From Nannocystales bacterium (GTDB taxonomy: Bacteria; Myxococcota_A; Polyangia; Nannocystales; Nannocystaceae): a DNA stretch of 64,000 nt. The notes under the pieces are model-generated. The model saw nothing but the letters and a program-made list of their open reading frames with translations, searched no databases and was not told where the DNA came from. Below, in pieces: positions 39,199 to 49,953 of the stretch. The position numbers and the translations under genes were made by a program. Position 1 is the stretch's first letter. The number at the start of each line of letters is the position of its first letter. The stretch lies in NCBI GenBank assembly GCA_050633305.1, contig JBOEGF010000018.1, forward strand, positions 864,001 to 928,000, read 5' to 3'.

Positions 39199-41130
39199 TC
39201 AGGAGGTGAAGCCGCGCTCTTCGAGCAGGGCGACGACCTTGTTCACGCACTCATCGACCGAGAGCTCTGTGGTGTCGAGCGTGAGGTCGGCGCTGGTGGG
39301 GGCTTCGTAGTCGAACGAGACGCCAGGGAAGTTGGCGATCTCGCCTTTGTCCGCAGCCTCGTACAAGCCGGCCTGATCTCGCTCCCGGCAAACGTCGATG
39401 GGGGCGTTGAGGTGGACGACCAGGAAGCGGTCGGCGCCGATCAGCGTCTTGGCTTTTTGACGGGTGTCGTCGGTGGGCGAGACCAGGGCACACAACGCGA
39501 TGAGGCCGTTGTCGTTGAGGGTCTTGGCCAGCTCGGAGCTGCGCCGCAGGTTCTCGGAGCGCTCGTCGGCCGAGAATCCCAAGTCCCGGCTGATGCCTTG
39601 ACGGAGGTTGGAGCCATCGAGCACGGCGACGGTGCGCCCGGCCTCGAAGAGCTTGCGCTCGACTCCATACGCGATCGTGGTCTTGCCGGCCCGTGTCAGT
39701 CCCGTGAGCAGAACGGTCACGGGCTTCTGGCCCAGGCGGGCGTGCCGCTCTTCGACGCTGACCCGGCTCTCGTGGGACGCGAGGTCGTACTCGGGCTCGG
39801 CGTCCCAAGCGTCGCCTGTGCCGCCCGACTGTTGGTCGAGGATCATCCCCGCGGCGACCGTGGCGTTGGTGACCCGGTCGATCATGACGAACGCGCCGGT
39901 ACCCTTGGTGCGCTTGTATCCGTCGAACGGGACCGAGGCCGAGAGTTTGACCTCGCAGCGACCGATCTCGTTGAGCGCGAGCGTCGGCGCATCCTTGCGG
40001 TGCAGCGTGTTGACGTCGATCTGGTGGCGCAAGGTGCTGACCTGACCGGCGACCGACTTCGGCCCGAGCTTGAACAGGTACTCCCGGCCGGGAACCATCG
40101 CTTCTTCGGCCATCCACACCAGGCTGGCGTCGAAGCGTGAGCCAATGCGCGGCACGTTGCCGGGCCGAACGATCATGTCGCCGCGGCTGCAGTCGATTTC
40201 ATCCTCGAGCGTGAGGGTGACGGACAGGGGCGGGAACGCCTCGGCGATGTCGCCGTCCATCGTGTGGATGGTCTTGACCCGAGAGGTCTTCTTGGACGGA
40301 AGCACCATGACTTCGTCGCCCTGGCGAACGACACCCGAGGCAACCGTTCCGGCGAAGCCGCGGTAGTCGAGGTTGGGCCGGATCACGTATTGGACCGGGA
40401 ACCGGAAGTCTTGCAGGTTTCGGTCTGCGCCGATGTAGACGTTCTCGAGGAACCCCATCAGCGTGTGCCCGTCGTACCAGGGCATCTTCTCCGACCGGTC
40501 GACGACGTTGTCGCCTTTGAGGGCCGACAGCGGGATGAAGTCCAGGTCGGGGACGTCGAGCTTGGTGGCGAACTCTTCGTACTCGCGGACGATCTCGTTG
40601 TAGCGCTCCTCGCTGAAGTCGACGAGGTCCATCTTGTTGATGGCGACGAGCACGTGCTTGATGCCCAGCAGCGACACGATGAAGCTGTGGCGCTTGGTCT
40701 GGGTCAGCACGCCGTGACGCGCGTCGACCAGGATGACCGCCAGGTCGCAGTTGGACGCGCCTGTCGCCATGTTGCGCGTGTACTGCTCATGACCGGGGGT
40801 GTCGGCGATGATGAACTTGCGCTTGGCGGTCGAGAAGTAGCGGTAGGCGACGTCGATCGTGATGCCTTGCTCCCGTTCGGCCTTGAGGCCGTCGGTGAGA
40901 AGCGCTGGATCGAAGTCTCCATCGACGTTGCCGACGGTGGCCGAGTCGCGACGAATCGCCGCGAGCTGGTCCTCGTAGATCATCTTGCTGTCGTACAGAA
41001 GACGGCCGATGAGGGTGCTCTTGCCATCGTCCACCGAGCCGCACGTCAAGAAGCGGAGGAGCTCCTTGTTTTCGTGTTGCTGGAGGTAGGCGTTGATGTC
41101 TTTTTCGATGAGGTCCGACTTGTGGGACAT
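39199..41130 (-). CDS. cysNC: Sulfate adenylyltransferase large subunit fused to an APS kinase domain
   Basis: [37 protein letters not shown]-terminal APS-kinase-like domain. Confidence 0.96.
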   Translation of the reverse strand: MSHKSDLIEKDINAYLQQHENKELLRFLTCGSVDDGKSTLIGRLLYDSKMIYEDQLAAIRRDSATVGNVDGDFDPALLTDGLKAEREQGITIDVAYRYFSTAKRKFIIADTPGHEQYTRNMATGASNCDLAVILVDARHGVLTQTKRHSFIVSLLGIKHVLVAINKMDLVDFSEERYNEIVREYEEFATKLDVPDLDFIPLSALKGDNVVDRSEKMPWYDGHTLMGFLENVYIGADRNLQDFRFPVQYVIRPNLDYRGFAGTVASGVVRQGDEVMVLPSKKTSRVKTIHTMDGDIAEAFPPLSVTLTLEDEIDCSRGDMIVRPGNVPRIGSRFDASLVWMAEEAMVPGREYLFKLGPKSVAGQVSTLRHQIDVNTLHRKDAPTLALNEIGRCEVKLSASVPFDGYKRTKGTGAFVMIDRVTNATVAAGMILDQQSGGTGDAWDAEPEYDLASHESRVSVEERHARLGQKPVTVLLTGLTRAGKTTIAYGVERKLFEAGRTVAVLDGSNLRQGISRDLGFSADERSENLRRSSELAKTLNDNGLIALCALVSPTDDTRQKAKTLIGADRFLVVHLNAPIDVCRERDQAGLYEAADKGEIANFPGVSFDYEAPTSADLTLDTTELSVDECVNKVVALLEERGFTS

Positions 41131-41189
41131 GATCTGCTCGCGGAGTCAGGGGTCGAGGTGCACAGCTGTGAGAACAGCGAGCGAAGCGG

Positions 41190-42101
41190 CTAGAAGTAGC
41201 CTTCCTTCTTCTTCTCTTCCATCGAGCCGGAGGAGTCGTAGTCGATGACGCGGCCCTGTCGCTCGGACTGGGTGGTCAACAGCATCTCTTGGATGATCTC
41301 CGGGAGGGTTGTCGCCTCGGACTCGACAGCACCGGTCAGCGGGTAGCAGCCCAGGGTCCGGAAGCGGATCATCTTCTGCATGGGCACCTCGCCCTCTTTG
41401 AGCGGCAGTCGGTCGTCGTCGACCATGATCAGCACGCCGTCGCGCTCCACCACCGGACGCATCGCGGAGTAGTACAGCGGAACGATTGGGATCTTCTCAA
41501 GGTGGATGTACTGCCAGACGTCCAGCTCGGTCCAGTTGGAGATCGGGAACACGCGGATGCTCTCGTCCTTTTTGACGCGCGCGTTGTAGATGTTCCAAAG
41601 CTCCGGTCGCTGGTTCTTGGGATCCCAGCGGTGGTTTTCGTCGCGGAAGGAGAAGACGCGCTCCTTGGCACGGGACTTCTCCTCGTCTCGACGGGCGCCC
41701 CCGAAGGCAGCGTCGAACCGGTACTTGTTCAGCGCCTGACGCAGGCCCTGGGTCTTCATGACGTCGGTGTGCACCGCGGACCCGTGGTCGAACGGGTTGA
41801 TGCCCTGCTTCACACCGTCTTCGTTGGTGTGCACGATGAGGTCGAGGCCCAGCTCCTTGGCCGCGTACTCGTCGCGGAACTTGGTCATCGCCTTGAACTT
41901 GAACGTCGTGTCGACGTGCATCAGCGGGAAGGGCGGCTTGGCCGGGTGGAAGGCCTTCAGCGCCAAGTGCAACATGCACGCAGAGTCTTTGCCGATGGAG
42001 TAGAGCATCACCGGCTTGTCGAACTCTGCGGCGACCTCGCGGATGATGTGAATGCTCTCGGCTTCGAGCTGCTTGAGGTGGGTGAGGTTGTACTCCGTCA
42101 T
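41190..42101 (-). CDS. cysD: Sulfate adenylyltransferase small subunit
   Basis: [56 protein letters not shown]. Confidence 0.97.
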   Translation of the reverse strand: MTEYNLTHLKQLEAESIHIIREVAAEFDKPVMLYSIGKDSACMLHLALKAFHPAKPPFPLMHVDTTFKFKAMTKFRDEYAAKELGLDLIVHTNEDGVKQGINPFDHGSAVHTDVMKTQGLRQALNKYRFDAAFGGARRDEEKSRAKERVFSFRDENHRWDPKNQRPELWNIYNARVKKDESIRVFPISNWTELDVWQYIHLEKIPIVPLYYSAMRPVVERDGVLIMVDDDRLPLKEGEVPMQKMIRFRTLGCYPLTGAVESEATTLPEIIQEMLLTTQSERQGRVIDYDSSGSMEEKKKEGYF

Positions 42102-42237
42102 TCTCGGTCCCAGGCGCGGGGATGGTATCAGCGATGGCTCCGGGCCGCCCGTGTGTCGTCGGCCCGGTCTTGGGAATTTCCACACGGTGTGGGGGTGAAC
42201 CGCAAAGTGGGATGCGATACACCCTTGAGAGTCCGCG

Positions 42238-43179
42238 ATGAAGGTCGTTTCCGTTACCGTCAATTACAAGACCGCCGACCTCACGCTGCGGGCCGTGGAG
42301 GCCGTCCTCGGCGACCTCGAGCCGCTCGGGGGGCGTGCCCTGGTCGTCGACAACCACTCCCAAGACGGCAGCTACGAAAAACTGTGCGCTGAGGTCGAAA
42401 AACGCGGCTGGACCGACCGTGTGGAGGTCTTCGCCTCGGGCCGGAACGCGGGGTTCGGCGCCGGCAACAACATCGCGTTTCGTCACGCCATGAGCTGGGA
42501 GGATCCGCCGGACTTCTTCTACCTGCTCAACCCCGATGCCCTCCCCGATCCGGGGGGCATGAAGGCGCTCCTCGATTTCATGGAGCGCACGCCCGACTCC
42601 GGCCTGGCGGGCAGCCGAGTCCGCCATCCGGGCGGGGACTTGAGACTGTCCGCGTTCCGCTTTCCCTCGGTCTTCTCCGAACTGGAGTCAGGGCTCAGGC
42701 TCGGGCTGGCCAGTCGGCTCTTGGACCGCTGGAAGGTCTCGATGCCCGCACCCTCCCAGACCTGCGCTGTCGACTGGGTCTCCGGAGCCAGCGTCATGCT
42801 GCGCGGAGCCATGCTCGACGAGATCGGGATGTTCGACGAGAACTTCTTCCTCTACTTCGAGGAGACCGACCTCTCGCTTCGCGCCTCGCGGGCGGGCTGG
42901 AAAACCCACTACGTCATGGAGAGCGGCGCCGAGCACATCGGCCAAGTCTCCACCGGGATGAAGGACAAGCTCAAGCGCCGGCCGAAGTTCTGGTTCGAAT
43001 CGCGGGCGTACTACCTCGAGAAGAACTACGGCGTTGCGCTGCGCAAGGCGGCGGACGTGGCGTGGGCCGGGGGCGCACTGTTGCCGGCGGTCCGCAAGAA
43101 GCTGGGCCGCCCCGACACCGATCCGCCGCGTCTGTATCGAGACTTCCTCGCGTTCAACTTCGGCCGCGGGCTGGACTGA
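42238..43179 (+). CDS. Family 2 glycosyltransferase
   Basis: [44 protein letters not shown]. Confidence 0.92.
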   Translation: MKVVSVTVNYKTADLTLRAVEAVLGDLEPLGGRALVVDNHSQDGSYEKLCAEVEKRGWTDRVEVFASGRNAGFGAGNNIAFRHAMSWEDPPDFFYLLNPDALPDPGGMKALLDFMERTPDSGLAGSRVRHPGGDLRLSAFRFPSVFSELESGLRLGLASRLLDRWKVSMPAPSQTCAVDWVSGASVMLRGAMLDEIGMFDENFFLYFEETDLSLRASRAGWKTHYVMESGAEHIGQVSTGMKDKLKRRPKFWFESRAYYLEKNYGVALRKAADVAWAGGALLPAVRKKLGRPDTDPPRLYRDFLAFNFGRGLD

Positions 43180-43199
43180 GCCTTCTCAGGGCCCCGCAG

Positions 43200-44288
43200 T
43201 CAGGCGGCGTCGCCGACGGCCGACGCCGCGACTGCTGAGGTCGCATCGTTGGCGACCCGTTGGGTCCACGCTTCGACACGGGGGTGCATGATCGAGCGCC
43301 ACAATGGCGGGACGAGTGAAGCGAGGATCATGGTCGCGTAGCCCGCGGGCAGCTGCGGCACATCTTCGTAGTGCCGCAGCATGTGGTAGGGGCGGCTGGC
43401 CAGGTAGTGGTGGTCGCTGTGACGCTGGAGGTTGAACAGCAACCAGTTCGTCAGGCGGTGGCTGGCATTCCAGGAGTGTTGGGGAGCCGTCCGCTCGTAA
43501 CGTCCCGGTGAAATCTCTCGGCGCGACAGGCCGTAGTGCTCGACGTAGTTGATGACCTCGAGCAGGACGATCGCGGCGAGGCTTTGCCCAGCCCAGTACG
43601 CCACGGCGACGGGTCCAAGCGCGAACCCAAGCGCGGCGTAGACGACGATCTGGGTGAGGGCATATCGCGTCATGCGATGTCGGAGGCTCCACTTTGAGAT
43701 CCCTTGCTTGCGGGCCCGTCCGTTTTCGATGGCGATGGCGCTGCGGAGACCGCCGATGATCGTGCGAGGCAGGAAGGCGTAGACCGACTCTCCGAACCGA
43801 GAACTCGCGGCGTCGAGGGGCGTCGCGACGTGGCGGTGGTGCCCGTAGACGTGCTCGACGCAGAAGTGGGAGTAGGTGACTGAGCCCATGAGGAGCTCCG
43901 CTACAGCTCGCTCTCTCGGGTCTTTGCGGTGCATCAGCTCGTGTGCGATGTTGATGCCTCCGGCAGATGCCATGACCCCGATGGACAGGGTCGCCACCAC
44001 GGTCTCCCAGCCCACGAGATGTCCGCCGAGGATGAGGTACAGCGCGTACGCCTGCAGTCCGAGCTGGACCGGGACCCAAGCATACAGCGGCAGGTCGTAG
44101 GTCCAGCGTCGGGTCGGGCCCTCGGTGTCGTTGTTGTCCGTTCGCACGCCGAGGAGCGCCTCGACCACCGGGATGACCCCGAACACGAACGCGAGGGTTG
44201 CCAGCGTGGCGAGGCCCCCGGCTCGTAGGCCCGTCAGCGCGACAAGCGGCACGACAAACACAACCCAATATGGAAGCGAGCGGACCAT
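43200..44288 (-). CDS. alkB: Alkane 1-monooxygenase-like membrane diiron enzyme
   Basis: His boxes HELMH, EHVYGHH, NYVEHYG, LQRHSDHH; PQLPAGY. Confidence 0.88.
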   Translation of the reverse strand: MVRSLPYWVVFVVPLVALTGLRAGGLATLATLAFVFGVIPVVEALLGVRTDNNDTEGPTRRWTYDLPLYAWVPVQLGLQAYALYLILGGHLVGWETVVATLSIGVMASAGGINIAHELMHRKDPRERAVAELLMGSVTYSHFCVEHVYGHHRHVATPLDAASSRFGESVYAFLPRTIIGGLRSAIAIENGRARKQGISKWSLRHRMTRYALTQIVVYAALGFALGPVAVAYWAGQSLAAIVLLEVINYVEHYGLSRREISPGRYERTAPQHSWNASHRLTNWLLFNLQRHSDHHYLASRPYHMLRHYEDVPQLPAGYATMILASLVPPLWRSIMHPRVEAWTQRVANDATSAVAASAVGDAA

Positions 44289-44362
44289 GCGGACAATCTA
44301 CTCGCGGGTAGATTGTCCGTCAAGGATCAATCGTGCCCGGTCCGCCACCGGAGGTCATCGCG

Positions 44363-45586
44363 CTACAGGTCGCGCCGAGGGGGCAGGATGCTTCCGGCCA
44401 CCAGGAGTCCGGCCACGATCGAGCTCGCGATGATCAGCATCTCGACCCCGGTCTCAACCCCGGCCAAGACGTCGTGGGCCATGAACAGGTCGAGTGAGCG
44501 ATAGCCGACCGAGCCGGGGACCAGCAGCAGGATGCCGGGCGTCAGCAAGACGAGCGCCGGGCGCCGGCCCCCCGAGGCGTACGCATTGCTGAGGAGTCCG
44601 AGCACCATCGCCCCGCCGAAGGCGCCGAGCCGTGGCCCGAGCGCGACGACGCCGAGCGTGTGTCCCAGGCTGGTGAACATGCAGGCCAGGACGATCCACG
44701 GCCAGTCCTTGGGGCGTGCCTGAAAGAGCACCGCGAATGCTAGCGCCGCCACGCCGGTTGCGACGACGGCACCCATCGGCGCGAGCGGGTCGACCTCGGC
44801 CAGGGGCTGGGGGACGAGGGGCACGCAAGAGCCCGCGAGCGTGCGCCCCAACGCGACGCCCACCGCGATCTGCAAGAACATGCCGAGCGCACCCGCGACG
44901 CGAGCGGTGCCCGCCGCCCAATGTCCGGTCGCGAGTTCGACCAACGCGGTGGTGAACGTCAATCCGGGCACGATGACGATCAGCGTCGCGAGGGCGACGA
45001 CGCCGTCGGCATGGGGAAACCAGGACCGGGCGAGGGCGTGTGAGGCGAAGCCCACGAACAGCGCGCAGCTCGGCTCGGCCAGCAACGCCGTCCGCGGGCT
45101 GGAGCGCAAGACGTACTCGAGCACCGCAACCAAACCTCCTAGGAGTCCTGCGACCGCGATCTCACGGGGGCCACCGCCCAGCAGAGGGGCAGCGCTGGCG
45201 GCCGTGAGTGCGACCGCGAACATGACCATGCCCGGTCCGAACGCGGGTCGACCCCGAGCGATGCGTTCCAATCGCCGGCGAGCGCGGTTGAGGCCGAGTC
45301 GGCCCGCGAAGACGTCGTCGAGGACTTCGGTGGTGGTCGCCAGGCGGCCGAGTTGGGCGGCGCCTGGAAGAACCCGGCGAACGACGGTTCGCACATGCGG
45401 TTCCTCGCCGAACGAGAGCAGCAAGTCGGTAGGGGAAAACGAGACTTGTAGGGGAACCTGCAACGTCTCGCCGAGCCGGACCACGAGCGCTTCACCCCGA
45501 TGGGTGGGGGTCCCGTGAGCGTGCAGGAGTTCCGCAACACGCAGAATGAATCGCTCGCGCGTGATGCGCCGGCGCGCGAATTCCAT
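44363..45586 (-). CDS. Threonine/serine exporter (ThrE family)
   Basis: GTPTHRGE, IVPGLTFTTALVELA, LLVPGSVG; about 10 TM segments. Confidence 0.85.
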   Translation of the reverse strand: MEFARRRITRERFILRVAELLHAHGTPTHRGEALVVRLGETLQVPLQVSFSPTDLLLSFGEEPHVRTVVRRVLPGAAQLGRLATTTEVLDDVFAGRLGLNRARRRLERIARGRPAFGPGMVMFAVALTAASAAPLLGGGPREIAVAGLLGGLVAVLEYVLRSSPRTALLAEPSCALFVGFASHALARSWFPHADGVVALATLIVIVPGLTFTTALVELATGHWAAGTARVAGALGMFLQIAVGVALGRTLAGSCVPLVPQPLAEVDPLAPMGAVVATGVAALAFAVLFQARPKDWPWIVLACMFTSLGHTLGVVALGPRLGAFGGAMVLGLLSNAYASGGRRPALVLLTPGILLLVPGSVGYRSLDLFMAHDVLAGVETGVEMLIIASSIVAGLLVAGSILPPRRDL

Positions 45587-45639
45587 TGTGTAGAAATGTG
45601 AAAGACGCCCCGATAAGTTCACGTGAAATCGTGCGTTGC

Positions 45640-45652
45640 CGAATATAATTCG
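45640..45652. promoter_or_regulatory. Putative Lrp/AsnC operator
   Basis: AT-centred palindrome CGAAT-ATA-ATTCG between the divergent exporter and Lrp genes. Confidence 0.4.
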
Positions 45653-45799
45653 TTTCTCGCCCCATATCCGGTGTACATCTCGAACGCCGCGACCAGGTTT
45701 TCGGCTCCCTGACCGGCGTTGGTTCGAGGCGGGTTCCAGCTGCGTGCTGGCCGCGCCCGGCCGTGACCTCTGAGCCCCCCGCACGACCCTCAACCCGCG

Positions 45800-46264
45800 A
45801 TGGCTCTCGACCCGATCGATCACAAGATCATCGACCTGCTTCAGGACGACGCTCGGCTGACGAACCGAGAGTTGGCGGAGCGCGTCGGTCTTGCCCCATC
45901 GACGACGCTCGCGCGCGTTCAGCGTCTCAACGAGTCCGGCGTACTGACTGGATTCAGCGCGCGCGTGAATCCCGAGGCCCTCGGTTTGGCGCTTCAGGTC
46001 GTGGTGTTCGTCCAGTTGGAGTCCCACGGCCGCGACCGCAGTCGGGCGTTCATCGAGGAGATCCTCGAGCGGCCGGAGGTTGTCCAGGTGTTTTACGTGG
46101 GGGGCGCGCAGGACCTCGTGGTCCACGTGATGGCTCGGGACACGGACGATCTACGGCGCGTGGTGTTGGAAGGCATCGCCTCGCACAGCTTGGTGCGCCA
46201 CCTCGAGACCAACATCGTGTTCGAACACCGACGACAGCCCGTGCGGGTCCCAAACCCACAGTAG
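45800..46264 (+). CDS. Lrp/AsnC family transcriptional regulator
   Basis: LDPIDHKII..LQDDAR..ELAERVGL..RVQRL HTH and C-terminal RAM-like domain. Confidence 0.93.
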   Translation: MALDPIDHKIIDLLQDDARLTNRELAERVGLAPSTTLARVQRLNESGVLTGFSARVNPEALGLALQVVVFVQLESHGRDRSRAFIEEILERPEVVQVFYVGGAQDLVVHVMARDTDDLRRVVLEGIASHSLVRHLETNIVFEHRRQPVRVPNPQ

Positions 46265-46352
46265 GCGGGGCGCCGGCTTGGGGCGCACAAGCGCAGGTTG
46301 GGCCGGCGCGGGAAGGAGGCTGATGGGGCGGGTCTGGTAAGATTTCACCGCT

Positions 46353-48527
46353 GTGGCCGTCCTCGATCCAGGTTCGCTGTTCGCGGATCGCTATCGGGTG
46401 ATCCGCCGGGTTGGATCCGGGGGCATGGGGGCGGTGTACGAGGCTGAGCAGCTCTCGACCCGCAAACATCGGGCGCTCAAGGTTCTGACCAACCGATTCG
46501 GGAGCGACGACAAAGCGCAGGCCCGTTTCGTTCGGGAGGCGACGGTTGGCGCCGAGATTCACAGCGACCACGTCGTCGATGTCATCGGCGCGGGAATCGA
46601 TGACGTGACGGGATTGCCATGGTTGGCGATGGAGTTGCTCGAGGGGATGGACCTCAAGCGGCTGACCGATGCTCGGGGGTCGATGGAGCCCGCCCATGTC
46701 CAGGCCGTGTTTTCCCAGCTGGGGCACGGACTCGCCGCGGCCCATGCCGCCGGCGTCGTGCATCGCGACCTCAAGCCCGAGAACGTCTTCGTCTCGCGAA
46801 GCCGACGGGCCGACGCCCCGTACTTGGTCAAGATCCTCGACTTCGGCATCTCGAAGATCACGCACGAGGCGGTCGTCAGTACCGACACCGCGACCATCGG
46901 CTCGCCCATGTGGATGGCTCCCGAGCAGATCAACGCCGAGCCTGTCTCCGGGCGAACGGATGTGTGGGCACTGGGGCTGCTCGCGTTCTGGGCGGTGAGC
47001 GGTCGGGTGTACTGGAAGGCGGCCTATGGGCAGCGCGTGACCGTACAGGCGTTGTTCGCCGAGCAGCTGTTCGCAGACTTGGTCGCGCCCAGCGTTCGCG
47101 CCGAAGCCTACGGGGTCGCCGAGCGCATCCCCGCGGGCTTCGATGATTGGTTCGGGCAGTGCGTGGCTCGGGACCCCAGCGAGCGGTTCACCGATGCGGG
47201 AGCGGCCATGGTCGCGCTCAACGCCGTGCTCGAGCCGTGGGCGAGCGCCGCCGGACCCTCCAAGCGAGCGCTCTTGCCTGAACCGGGGGCGCCCGCGGAG
47301 GCCTCGGTTGCCCGCTCCGAGCCCGTGCTGAGCCCGGTGGGTGCGGGTGCCGTGTCCGATTTGGCGCACATGGCCGGGACGACGGCGGACATGATGTCCA
47401 TCCAGAGCAGCCAGGCGACGGTGGAGGGGACCTCGAACTTCAGCATTCCGCCCGGCGTCACGGGCATGCAACGGCCGCCGGTCCCGGTGTCGGAGAAAAC
47501 GCCGGAGCTCGTCATCCCGGACCCTCCTCGGCGCTCGAACGCTCCTGCCGTCGGTAGGATCGTCGCTGCCGCTGCGATTCCTGCCGCGTTGGCAGGTGCG
47601 ATCGTCGCAGGCGTGGCGTTGTGGGACCCGGACTCGGATCCCGAGCCGAAGTCGCTGGTGGCCGAAGTCCGCGATTCTGACCCCGACCCCGTTCTCGCGC
47701 CCGACGTGGGCACCGCGGCGGCCGAGGTCGAGCATGACCCGGGCTGGACGGGCCTGCCGACGCCGCCGAAACCCTTGCCCAAGAAGCGCGCCGACCTCTC
47801 GTCGTTGCCGGCGCCGAGTGAGGTCGAGTTTCTGGGGTGGACGCCCGACGGCTCCGTGGCGGCGCTGCGAGTATCGTACGGCTCGAAGGTGGCGGCTCGC
47901 GGCTTCGCCAACTACCTGCAACTGGTGGTCGAGCTCGACGGGGCCAGTGGCTCGGTCGTCCGAACGTACGCGGTCGACCGCACCGCCAACGCTTCGCTGA
48001 GCAAGGATGACCCCCTCGCGCGCGCGGCCAAGGCCTCCATCGGCGGCAAGCGTTGGGTGGAGCGGCGCACCGAGCTGTTGCTCCGTACGCCCGAGGCTCG
48101 GCGTGCTCCGGCGCGGCGCGACGGTGCGCTGACGCTGTCCTTCGAGAACGTACCGAGCGGAACCAAGGTTCGCGTGCAGGCGAAACGCTCCGGTTTCGAT
48201 CTGGGATGGTGGGGCTTCGACGAGCTGCTCGAAGGTGACTCTGTACCGCTGCTGCACGTGACCTGGGTCGAGGGCGGAAGCCAGACCACGCTGGTTCGGA
48301 CACCGGTCGAGGTCGAGGTCGAGGTGTTGCGCAAGCTCGCCGCCCGGCCTGGTTCGGACGTCACGCTCGAGGGTCCGGTGCGCGTGTACTGGACCAGCGA
48401 CGCCAAGCGGGCGCTGGTCACCGTGTCGTTTCAGACCAAGGAGGCCGATGTCGTCGACCGACGCTGGTTCGTGGTCGAGCCGGCCGCGTCGGAGGGGGCC
48501 ATTCACCGCCCCCGAATCCGGGGCTAA
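46353..48527 (+). CDS. Membrane Ser/Thr protein kinase with unrecognised beta-rich C-terminal domain
   Basis: GSGGMG, ALK, HRDLKPEN, DFG, WMAPE, DVWALG; one TM. Confidence 0.9.
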   Translation: MAVLDPGSLFADRYRVIRRVGSGGMGAVYEAEQLSTRKHRALKVLTNRFGSDDKAQARFVREATVGAEIHSDHVVDVIGAGIDDVTGLPWLAMELLEGMDLKRLTDARGSMEPAHVQAVFSQLGHGLAAAHAAGVVHRDLKPENVFVSRSRRADAPYLVKILDFGISKITHEAVVSTDTATIGSPMWMAPEQINAEPVSGRTDVWALGLLAFWAVSGRVYWKAAYGQRVTVQALFAEQLFADLVAPSVRAEAYGVAERIPAGFDDWFGQCVARDPSERFTDAGAAMVALNAVLEPWASAAGPSKRALLPEPGAPAEASVARSEPVLSPVGAGAVSDLAHMAGTTADMMSIQSSQATVEGTSNFSIPPGVTGMQRPPVPVSEKTPELVIPDPPRRSNAPAVGRIVAAAAIPAALAGAIVAGVALWDPDSDPEPKSLVAEVRDSDPDPVLAPDVGTAAAEVEHDPGWTGLPTPPKPLPKKRADLSSLPAPSEVEFLGWTPDGSVAALRVSYGSKVAARGFANYLQLVVELDGASGSVVRTYAVDRTANASLSKDDPLARAAKASIGGKRWVERRTELLLRTPEARRAPARRDGALTLSFENVPSGTKVRVQAKRSGFDLGWWGFDELLEGDSVPLLHVTWVEGGSQTTLVRTPVEVEVEVLRKLAARPGSDVTLEGPVRVYWTSDAKRALVTVSFQTKEADVVDRRWFVVEPAASEGAIHRPRIRG

Positions 48528-49912
48528 TCGCCCTCTACGCTGTCCACGACTTCCCCGGCCCACGTGGGGAGCAGGCCGAGGTCTGCGATGAGGTCGAGCG
48601 CGACGTAGCGGCTGCGAATCTCGCGGCACACGGTGAGGGTGCGGACGGCATGCTCACGCGTGACCTCGAGGGCACTGGGTTTGGCCGGCGCGCCCGTGGC
48701 GGCCAGGGCGACCCGCATGCGTTCGGCGGGCATCAAGATCTCGCGGAGCGTGGCCTGAATCTCGGGCCAGTCCTTCTTCACGGCTTCGAGCTCGCCCTGG
48801 AGCTCCGTCCCGGTTTTCTGCTTCGCTTCGATCTGCGCCCGCACCTCCTCGATGACCGCGGGTGTGAGCCCATGATGGCGTTCGTCGAGTCCCTCCAGGT
48901 AGGAGGCGTCTGGGACCCGGGCGGCGGCGGCCTGGGGGTTGATGTCGTCTTGCTCGAGGGAGACGAGGCGCTCGAACAGCATGGCTGACATGAGCGTCGC
49001 AACGCCGACCTGGGTGCCGTGGAGGCCCCGCAGCGGGAGGTCGTGGCAGTGCTGCTCCATGTCCCAGTAGTGGCTGACGAGGTGCTCTCCGCCCGAGGCC
49101 GGTGCGGATGTGCCTGCGATCGCCATCGTGAAGCCGGAGAGGATGATCGTCGCCGCGAGAAGCTCGATGCCATCGGCTTCGCTCTTGCCCACCGCGTCAG
49201 CCGAATCGAGCAGGGCATCGAAGGCCGAGTCGAGGAGTTTGGCCGGTCGCTCCTCGTAGGGAACGCCGCGGATGAATGCGCTCAGTCGCCAGTCGGCATT
49301 GCTGTAGGGTTTGGAGAGCAGGTCCCCAAACCCTGCCAGGTTGAGGTAGGCCGGCGCTTTTTGCAGGACGTCGACGTCCGCGAACACGGCCTGAGCTTGT
49401 TGGGCCGGGAGTGTCCGCTTGACTCCCCGTGAGAGCACCGCGGCGATCGCCGACGTGTACCCGTTCATGCTCGCGGCCGTTGCGACGCACTGGTAGGGGC
49501 GGTCCAACTTCGCGGTCGCCATCTTGACGATGTCGTTGATCGACCCCGCTCCGACGGCGATGGCGTTCACGCTCCGGGTTGGGGCGAGGTGCTCCTGCAG
49601 CGCAGCGATCTCCTCGTCAGCACACATCACGTGGTCCTCGCCGGGGCGGGGTTCGAGAACGTGAAGCGCCGCGGTGTGTCCGGCGGTCTGCAGCTGTTCG
49701 AGCAGAGCGTCGGCCGCCGCGAGCTTGGTGTGGGCGTCGCAAACCACGAGATGGGTGAGGTCTGGCCGGGCTTCGGACAGCCACGGTCCGACCTGAGCGA
49801 GCTGATCCCGGCCCACGCCAATGTGCTGGGTCTTCTTGGCTTGGCCCCGCCCTTCCGCGGTCAGGGCATTGAGGTCCTCGAGAATCGACGAGAGCGCCAC
49901 GGGGGGGAGCAT
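48524..49912 (-). CDS. sn-glycerol-1-phosphate dehydrogenase (EgsA/AraM family)
   Basis: GAGSINDIVK, TAASMNGYTS, GFGD, PASGGEHLVSHYWD, LHGTQVG. Confidence 0.8.
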   Translation of the reverse strand: MLPPVALSSILEDLNALTAEGRGQAKKTQHIGVGRDQLAQVGPWLSEARPDLTHLVVCDAHTKLAAADALLEQLQTAGHTAALHVLEPRPGEDHVMCADEEIAALQEHLAPTRSVNAIAVGAGSINDIVKMATAKLDRPYQCVATAASMNGYTSAIAAVLSRGVKRTLPAQQAQAVFADVDVLQKAPAYLNLAGFGDLLSKPYSNADWRLSAFIRGVPYEERPAKLLDSAFDALLDSADAVGKSEADGIELLAATIILSGFTMAIAGTSAPASGGEHLVSHYWDMEQHCHDLPLRGLHGTQVGVATLMSAMLFERLVSLEQDDINPQAAAARVPDASYLEGLDERHHGLTPAVIEEVRAQIEAKQKTGTELQGELEAVKKDWPEIQATLREILMPAERMRVALAATGAPAKPSALEVTREHAVRTLTVCREIRSRYVALDLIADLGLLPTWAGEVVDSVEGD

Positions 49913-49953
49913 GGACGCTCGGAGCCGCCTTGAATAGGGGGTACGCTCCGGGC

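Noticed and set aside
39199..42101. cysDN as an ordinary cysteine-biosynthesis operon
   Set aside because: No cysH, cysI/J or cysK in the window and the neighbours are sulfation and glycosylation genes; a shared assimilatory role cannot be excluded
45715..45745. GGTTCGA suggesting a tRNA T-loop
   Set aside because: No cloverleaf, D-arm or acceptor stem around it
46050..48629. 859-aa minus-strand ORF, and similar long ORFs such as 6855-9167, 51049-53241, 3518-4897 and 57179-58645
   Set aside because: Antisense or off-frame shadows of well-supported genes; Arg/Gly/Pro-rich with no motifs, as expected in high-GC DNA
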